Assembly: GCA_965262725.1 (NCBI GenBank)
Contig: OZ253555.1
Coordinates: forward strand, 2,240,001 to 2,304,000
Source of the DNA: Dehalococcoidia bacterium
GTDB taxonomy: Bacteria; Chloroflexota; Dehalococcoidia; UBA2979
Length of the DNA: 64,000 nt
Direction: 5' to 3'
Shown here: one piece after another, positions 58,175-64,000 of the stretch
Layout: each line of letters starts with the position of its first letter
Numbering within the stretch: position 1 is the stretch's first letter
The notes under the pieces: generated by a model
What the model saw: the letters and a program-made list of their open reading frames with translations, nothing else
Database searches by the model: none
What the model was told of the DNA's origin: nothing
Translations under genes and position numbers: made by a program

Positions 58175-59541
58175 CGTCCCTCCAGACGCAGCTCGACGGC
58201 GCGCGCATGAGCGGTCAGCCCCTCGGCCCGGGCGAGCGTCGCCGCGTAGCCGCCGAGGCGGTAGAGGTCGGACTCGGAGAGGGCGACCGTCGAGGTGACG
58301 CGGAGGAAGTCGAGGACGGTGAGAGGCGACGCGAAGCGCGCCGATCCCCCGGTGGGCATGACGTGGCTCGGGCCGGCCGTGTAGTCGCCAATGACCTCGG
58401 GCGTGTCTTCGCCGAGGAAGAGGCCGCCCGCGGAGGTGACGAACGTGGCGAGCCGCTCCGGCTCGCGCGTCAGGAGGCAGAGGTGCTCCGGCGCAAACTC
58501 GTTCGCGAGCGCAACCGCCTCCTCGAGGTCGGCGGCGATCACCGCTCCTCCCCGTTCGATCGCGGCGCGCGCGATCACCTCGCGCTCGAGTTCCGGGAGC
58601 TGGCGGTCGACCTCCGCGGCTACTGCCTCGGCCTGCTCCCGGTCGGTCGTGATCAGGATTGGAGTCGCGAGGGCGTCGTGCTCGGCCTGCGCCAGCAGGT
58701 CGGCGGCGACGAGATCCGAGGCGGCGCTCCCGTCCGACAGTACGAGCGTCTCCGTCGGTCCGTAGAGCGAGTCGATCCCCACGCGGCCGTAGAGCTGCTG
58801 CTTCGCGAGCGTGACGAAGAGATTCCCAGGGCCCACGACGATGTCGACGCGCGGGATGCTCTCCGTCCCGAGCGCGAGCGCCGCTATCGCCTGCGCGCCG
58901 GAGGCGCGCACGACCCGCGTCAGCCCGGCAAGCTCCGCCGCGGCGAGCTTCAGCGGGTGCACCGAGCCGTCCGCGCGCGCCGCCGTGGCGCCCACGCGTT
59001 CCTCGACGCCGGCGACGGCGGCGGGCACCGCCGTGTGGATCACGGAGGAGGGAAGGACGGCGTCGCTTCCCGGCATGTAGATGCCGGCGGAGGCGAGCGG
59101 CGTTACCCGCATCCCGAGCCCGTGCCGGGCGAAGGGTCTCGGGCCGTGGTCGAGCTGCAGCTCGTGGAAGTGGCGCACGCGCTCGGTCATAAACCGGAGC
59201 GCTTCGAGGAGATCGGGCGGCGTCTCCTCCAGGGCGGCGCGGAATTCTGCTCGCGTCACCTCGATCGGCGCCTCCGCGGATCCGTCGAAGGCGCGCGAGT
59301 AGCGCACCACGGCAGCGTCGCCCTCGCGCTCGACGTCGGAGATGATGCGCGCCACGGCGGAGGCGGCGTCGAGCTCCTCGCCCAGCACGTCGCGGATGCG
59401 CTCGCGCACGGGCTCGGGGAGCTCGGGACTCGCCAGGGGGCGGCGGCGGAGCACGCTCGCGCGCGCCGCCTCCGCGCCGTCCACGATCCGAAGCGCGCGC
59501 CCCTCGCCGCCGCCCGGCCCCACCGCTGCCGGCTCGCTCAC
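58171..59541 (-). CDS. hisD: Histidinol dehydrogenase
   Basis: GIYMPG, GAQAIAALA.GT, IVVGPGNLFV, GPTE, DLLAQAEHD, APEHL, GDYTAGPSHVMPT. Confidence 0.97.
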   Translation of the reverse strand: MSEPAAVGPGGGEGRALRIVDGAEAARASVLRRRPLASPELPEPVRERIRDVLGEELDAASAVARIISDVEREGDAAVVRYSRAFDGSAEAPIEVTRAEFRAALEETPPDLLEALRFMTERVRHFHELQLDHGPRPFARHGLGMRVTPLASAGIYMPGSDAVLPSSVIHTAVPAAVAGVEERVGATAARADGSVHPLKLAAAELAGLTRVVRASGAQAIAALALGTESIPRVDIVVGPGNLFVTLAKQQLYGRVGIDSLYGPTETLVLSDGSAASDLVAADLLAQAEHDALATPILITTDREQAEAVAAEVDRQLPELEREVIARAAIERGGAVIAADLEEAVALANEFAPEHLCLLTREPERLATFVTSAGGLFLGEDTPEVIGDYTAGPSHVMPTGGSARFASPLTVLDFLRVTSTVALSESDLYRLGGYAATLARAEGLTAHARAVELRLEGR

Positions 59542-60302
59542 GGGATCTCCTCCCACGCGAAGTAGTTGGCGATGCGCCGGGCGCACGCTTCGGCCGTCTC
59601 CTCCCAGAACGCGCTCATCCGCTCCTCCGTCACCGCCGCAAACGCCTCCGCCGCGAGCTGTGGTCCGCGCGCGACCTGCTCCTCGATGGCCGCCTCGTCG
59701 AGGCCGGCCCGGCCGAGGTGGAGACGCAGCATGCGCGGAAAGCGCTCGTAGGTGGGCGGCTGCGCCGCGATGTCGGCGACCGCCTCGCGCCACCGAGCGA
59801 GGTCGGGCCCCGGAAGGAACGGGACCCGCGGGTCGCCCTCCTGCGCCGCGAGCGCCGCGCGGATCTCGTCCATCGCCGCCGCGTCCTCGCGCTCGCGCCG
59901 ATCCATCTCGAACTGGAGCGCCCGGTCCAGCACGTCGCGCCGCGGATTGCGGGCGCGCCGTGAGCGCTCCCCGAACTCGCTGCGGTAGACCTGCTCGATG
60001 TATCGCTCGTCCATCACCAGGTGCGTGACGTAGCCGGCGAGGAAGGCCGGCGTCGGGCGCGGCAGCACGGCCGGCCGGGCGAGCTCGGGGTACGCCCGGG
60101 CCATCCGCCCGAGCGAGTCCTGCGGCCCGAAGTCGTCGAGGTCGTAGAAGTGCGTCTCGCTGCGATCGCGGCGCGTGATCGCGCGGATGTCCGGCGCCGT
60201 CGCGCCGAGGTAGTAGGCGCCTCGGTCGGCGTCGATCACCGGCCGGCCCAGACGCTCCGCGACGCGCCGCGCCACCACGAGGTGCGAGCCCAGCGACGGC
60301 AT
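59538..60302 (-). CDS. Zinc-dependent phospholipase C-like family protein
   Basis: MPSLGSH, YYLGATAPD, THF, AGYVTHLVMD (putative metal ligands). Confidence 0.75.
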   Translation of the reverse strand: MPSLGSHLVVARRVAERLGRPVIDADRGAYYLGATAPDIRAITRRDRSETHFYDLDDFGPQDSLGRMARAYPELARPAVLPRPTPAFLAGYVTHLVMDERYIEQVYRSEFGERSRRARNPRRDVLDRALQFEMDRREREDAAAMDEIRAALAAQEGDPRVPFLPGPDLARWREAVADIAAQPPTYERFPRMLRLHLGRAGLDEAAIEEQVARGPQLAAEAFAAVTEERMSAFWEETAEACARRIANYFAWEEIP

Positions 60303-60306
60303 GGCG

Positions 60307-61737
60307 CTACCCCGAGCCGGAGGCGGCGTCCGCCAGCCGGCGCACGAGCTCCGCTCGGAGCTCCCCGCGCCTCCCGGTCGGGGGCTCCCTGTGGCCGATT
60401 GCACAGTTCGTGGACTCCATCACGACGTCGATCATACGCAGCCTGTTCGCGCGCAGCGTGGTCCCCGTCTCGGTTCCCTCCAGCAGTATCTCGGCGTCCT
60501 CCGGCACGAAGCCCTCGGAGGCGCCGGCGATCGGGATGACGCGGTAGCGGCCGAGGTGCCGGTCGCGCGCGTACTGGTCGGCGAGGGCCGCGTACTCCGA
60601 GGCGATGCGGATCACGCGCGCCGGGTCGTCCCGGCGCCAGTAGGCGACCGCCTCCTCGATGCTCTCGGCCGGGAGCTCCTCCGGGACAACGGCGCCGAGC
60701 CGGTAGTTGCTGCGCCTGAGGTCGCAGAGCTCGACGACCGGCGAGCCGGGGAACATGGCAACGTACACCGCGAGCCAGTCCCGTCCCGTGAGCGCGAGAT
60801 CGAAGAGCCCGAGCGCGACGGCGCGCGGCATATCCTGCGGCCGCATCACCTTCACCGAGACACCCTCCATCGGCGAGACCGGGTGCCGCACGGCACGCTC
60901 TTCATCGTAGCCCTCGAAGACGATCCCGGCGCCCGCGAGCGCGGCCACCGTGTGGCGCTGCGCGTGCCCGTCCGGGACCGCGATCCGCAGCGTCTCGCGC
61001 CCTGTGACCTCCGCGCGACGAGGCCGCCGCCCGGGCCGGAGTACCAGCGGGAGCGGATCCACGGGGCCGGCCGCGGCTCCCTCGCCGGCGGGGAGCGCGA
61101 GCAGCGGGCCCAGCGCCTCCGTCAGGTCGCGGCGCATGAGCGCCTCCCGGTTGCCGAGAAGCCACGCGCTGCCGCGGTGGAGCGTCGCCAGCTCGACCAG
61201 CTCCTCGGCGCGCGCCCGCTCGGAGGTGACGACGGCGGCGTCGGCATCTTCCGGGGGCCACGCCTCCGCGTTCGCCCACACCTCCACGAGGCGGTGGTCC
61301 GGGACGCGGGCGCGCGCGAGGAAGCGCGCCGCGAGGTTCGGGAACTCCGTTGCGACCCGGAGGATCCCCTCGTCGGCGAGTCCGTCCAGCGTGGCCCCCG
61401 CCGCTCCCGCCAGCACCAGCCGGCTCTCGCCGATGTCGAGGGCCCGCAGGGGGATGACGGAGTCGTGCGGGTAGCGCACCAGGAGCTCGTCGATGTGGGC
61501 ACGGCCGGTGATGCCGAGATCGTAGTGGCCGAGCGCGACCTGGATCGGGATGTCCGCCTCGGAGAAGACGCGGACGCGCACCCGGGGCCTTCCCTCCACG
61601 TCGAAGCGGTAGGAGCGGGAGCCCTCCCCGTAGCCGGGGACGCGGAAGCCGGCCGCCTGGAGCCGCTCCGCAAGCTCCCCGCGCAGGTCGCCGCGCGGCA
61701 GCGCGACGCGGATCTCCCCGGAGCCGCCCGCACTCAT
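60307..61737 (-). CDS. hisG: ATP phosphoribosyltransferase with two tandem short-form HisG domains
   Basis: Domain 1 RVALPRG...DIPIQV..G.YDLGITG...VATEFP; domain 2 RIAVPDG...RPQDMP..V..G.FDLALTG.D...IASEY...GASE...ETGTTLRANRL. Confidence 0.9.
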   Translation of the reverse strand: MSAGGSGEIRVALPRGDLRGELAERLQAAGFRVPGYGEGSRSYRFDVEGRPRVRVRVFSEADIPIQVALGHYDLGITGRAHIDELLVRYPHDSVIPLRALDIGESRLVLAGAAGATLDGLADEGILRVATEFPNLAARFLARARVPDHRLVEVWANAEAWPPEDADAAVVTSERARAEELVELATLHRGSAWLLGNREALMRRDLTEALGPLLALPAGEGAAAGPVDPLPLVLRPGRRPRRAEVTGRETLRIAVPDGHAQRHTVAALAGAGIVFEGYDEERAVRHPVSPMEGVSVKVMRPQDMPRAVALGLFDLALTGRDWLAVYVAMFPGSPVVELCDLRRSNYRLGAVVPEELPAESIEEAVAYWRRDDPARVIRIASEYAALADQYARDRHLGRYRVIPIAGASEGFVPEDAEILLEGTETGTTLRANRLRMIDVVMESTNCAIGHREPPTGRRGELRAELVRRLADAASGSG

Positions 61738-62813
61738 CGCGGCGTTCCGTCGACGGCCGGGGAGCCGGCTTCGGGGGCGAGATCGGCGAGGCGCAGCAGG
61801 TCGACGCCGAAGCCGGAGGCGGGGATGGCCGGCCCGCCGAGCGCCTCGGTGAGGCCGTCGTAGCGGCCGCCGGCGAGGCACTCGGCCTCGCCGGCGAGCG
61901 CGCGGAAGGTGACGCCGGTGTAGTACTCCAGGTTTCGCGCGGTCGCCGGGCGCACGCGGTAGGGAACGCCGGCCCGATCGAACACTCCGGCGGCCACGGC
62001 CAGCTCCTCGATGGCCGGCTCCGACTCCGGGAGCACGGGGAGCAGCGCCGCGCGGAGGTTCGCGAGGTAGCCCGGACCCTCACCCGTTATGTCCAGCAAG
62101 AGACGCAGGGCCGTCGTCGCGGCCGGGTAGGCGGCGGCGAGCTCCTCGGTGACGCCGCCGTCGCCGTCCAGCACGCGGTCGTAGGCGGCGAGCTGCTGCG
62201 CCGGATCGAGCCCCGCGGCGCGGAAGGCGGAGCGCATGATGCCCGCGTGCGCCAGCTCCATCCGCGGCGCCAGGCCGAGCGCGCGGAGGAGGACCACCGC
62301 CAGTCCGAGCAGCTCGCCTTCGCCCTCCGGCGCGCCGAGCCCGAAGAGCTCGACGCCGGCCTGCCACTGCTCGCGGTTCCCGTCGCCCGGGACGAAACGG
62401 TAGACGGGCTCCACGTAGGAGAGGCGCACGCCGTCGCCGAGGTCGTCCGCGCTCAGGAGGGCCTCCTGCTCCAGCAGCCAGCGCGCGGCCGGGACGGTCC
62501 CGTCCGGGCGCAGCACGACACGCTCGCCGCTCCACCCGTCCCAGTCGAGGAAGGAGTAGACGCGCTCCAGGAGCTGCGGGGAGAGGGTGCCGGCCGCCGT
62601 GAAGAGGTGGAGCGGCTCCAGGGTCGGCGTGCGGATCTCGCGGTACCCGCGCTCCGCCGTCACCTCCAGGAAGATGCGCTCCACCAGGCGGAAGCGGCGC
62701 ATCTCCTCGGGGCCGAGCTCGCGCATCCCGCGGCTTCGTAGCATCTCGGCCGCGGCGCCCGCTCCCCCGCCTGTCCCCGTCGCTCGATTGATCCCGCCGT
62801 CAGTCGGCGTCAT
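61734..62813 (-). CDS. hisZ: ATP phosphoribosyltransferase regulatory subunit (HisRS-like)
   Basis: RGMREL, GYREIRTPTLE, VLRPDGT, REQWQAGVE, RNLEYYTG, GGRYDGL, ASGFG; no anticodon domain; coupled to hisG. Confidence 0.9.
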   Translation of the reverse strand: MTPTDGGINRATGTGGGAGAAAEMLRSRGMRELGPEEMRRFRLVERIFLEVTAERGYREIRTPTLEPLHLFTAAGTLSPQLLERVYSFLDWDGWSGERVVLRPDGTVPAARWLLEQEALLSADDLGDGVRLSYVEPVYRFVPGDGNREQWQAGVELFGLGAPEGEGELLGLAVVLLRALGLAPRMELAHAGIMRSAFRAAGLDPAQQLAAYDRVLDGDGGVTEELAAAYPAATTALRLLLDITGEGPGYLANLRAALLPVLPESEPAIEELAVAAGVFDRAGVPYRVRPATARNLEYYTGVTFRALAGEAECLAGGRYDGLTEALGGPAIPASGFGVDLLRLADLAPEAGSPAVDGTPR

Positions 62814-62947
62814 GTCCTCCCCCTCCGCCCGCGGGCCGGGCTGGGCCCGAGGCCCGACCGGCCCGCTGGATGGATCTCGGGCGGCGCGCACGGCGGCGCC
62901 GCCGGCGCGCCGCCGCCGCTCGCTCTCTCGCCCGTGCCTGATGACTG

Positions 62948-63031
62948 CTAGCGCGGGAGGGGAGCGCGCGACGGCGACGCGCCGGGATGCACGTGCATGC
63001 AGGCGGAGATCGCGCGCTCTGTTCGGTTCAT
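62948..63031 (-). promoter_or_regulatory. Putative his operon leader peptide MNRTERAISACMHVHPGASPSRAPLPR
   Basis: 27-codon ORF in the hisZ 5' region with two His codons (CAC, CAT) and flanking complementary segments. Confidence 0.45.
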
Positions 63032-63097
63032 GACGTCGAGGCTACGGCTCGCCCTCGCCGGGGGCAACCGGCGCCCGCGATCGTACGCACCCGCCGC

Positions 63098-63982
63098 CTA
63101 CTCGGGGGCAGCGTCGCCCGCCGGACCGCTCGTCGCGACGTCGGCCGCCGCGTAGGCGGTGGTGGAGCCGTCGGCCGACCGGATCAGGAGCTCGCCCGTT
63201 GGCGAGACGTCGAGGGCCAGGCCCTCCACGACGCTCGCGCCGGGGCCGGAGGCCGGGACGGCGAGCCGCACCCGCTGCCCCAGCGTCAGGAGGCGCGACC
63301 GCCACGCGGCGGTGAGCGACGCCGGCTCGTCGGCTGCCTGGCGCCACCTCTCCCCGAGCGCGGCCGAGAGCGCCGCGAGCACCTCCTCGGGGGAGACGGA
63401 GCGCCCTCCTGCCTCGACGACGCCCGCGGCCGCCTCGGCCAGCGCGGCCGGAAGCGCCGCGGCGCTCGTCAGGTTCACGCCGATGCCGAGCAACACGTCG
63501 ACGCGGCCACCCGGCGCCGCCGCCGACTCGGCCAGGATGCCGGCGACCTTGCGGACCGCGCCCGAGCCCTCGCCGCCGGAGCCCACCACGACATCGTTCG
63601 GCCACGTGTAGCGCGGATCGAGGCCCGCCGCCTCGCGAAGGGCGTCGCCGACGGCGAGCGCGCCCGCGATGGTCGCGCGCGCGGCCTGATCGGACGAGCC
63701 GCAGAGGTGGTAGGTCACGAGGAGTCCGGAGCCGGCCGGCGAGTCCCATCGCCGCCCGTGCCGACCGCGGCCCGCCTCCTGTTCGCCGGCGACGAAAGCG
63801 CTGCCGCAGGAGGAGAGCCCCTCGCTCTCCGCGGCCGAGCGCGCGTCGTCCATCGTCGAACGCGTCCGCTCGCGGAAGCGGACGCGTTGCCCGACCGCGC
63901 CGCGCCCGCGCCGCGCGCCGAGCAGCGCCCGGTAGCGGTCCTCATCGAACGGCGGCACGAGATCTTCCCTCCCCCGGCTCAT
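63098..63982 (-). CDS. birA: Biotin--acetyl-CoA-carboxylase ligase (no HTH)
   Basis: STMDDA, EQEAGRGRHGRRWDSP, WPNDV, RKVAGILAE, LGIGVN, GELLI. Confidence 0.93.
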   Translation of the reverse strand: MSRGREDLVPPFDEDRYRALLGARRGRGAVGQRVRFRERTRSTMDDARSAAESEGLSSCGSAFVAGEQEAGRGRHGRRWDSPAGSGLLVTYHLCGSSDQAARATIAGALAVGDALREAAGLDPRYTWPNDVVVGSGGEGSGAVRKVAGILAESAAAPGGRVDVLLGIGVNLTSAAALPAALAEAAAGVVEAGGRSVSPEEVLAALSAALGERWRQAADEPASLTAAWRSRLLTLGQRVRLAVPASGPGASVVEGLALDVSPTGELLIRSADGSTTAYAAADVATSGPAGDAAPE

Positions 63983-64000
63983 GCGCGGGCCGCGGCCCGC

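Overview
Very GC-rich bacterial chromosomal segment. Gene content and order suggest Chloroflexota, class Dehalococcoidia (SAR202/Tepidiformales-like); this is inference, not a search result. Region 1-31 kb is housekeeping: topA, xerC, aroQ-pepP-efp-xseAB-purN, pseudouridine synthase-cmk-plsC-glmS, ppdK, dGTPase, dnaG-rpoD, mazG, pcrA. Region ~31-52 kb is a catabolic paralog cluster: three luciferase-like monooxygenases, six family III CoA-transferases in three coupled pairs, three alpha/beta hydrolases, two VOC proteins, an acyl-CoA dehydrogenase, a thioesterase, an oxidoreductase and a partial ABC transporter. Region 52-55 kb holds DUF4389, a DsbA, an SRA-like/HNH nuclease and tRNA-Phe. Region 55-64 kb is a partial his operon plus birA. 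Most unusual signals: a DsbA that appears naturally circularly permuted; a structured His-codon leader peptide upstream of hisZ; a tandem double-domain HisG with a degenerate first domain; three apparent heterodimeric CoA-transferase pairs (one subunit lacks the catalytic Asp); two hydrolases with His at the nucleophile elbow; an EF-P lacking the PGKG loop; and genes that appear to need ATT/CTG start codons. No CRISPR array, rRNA or transposase was seen. All calls come from motif reading by eye; no database was searched.
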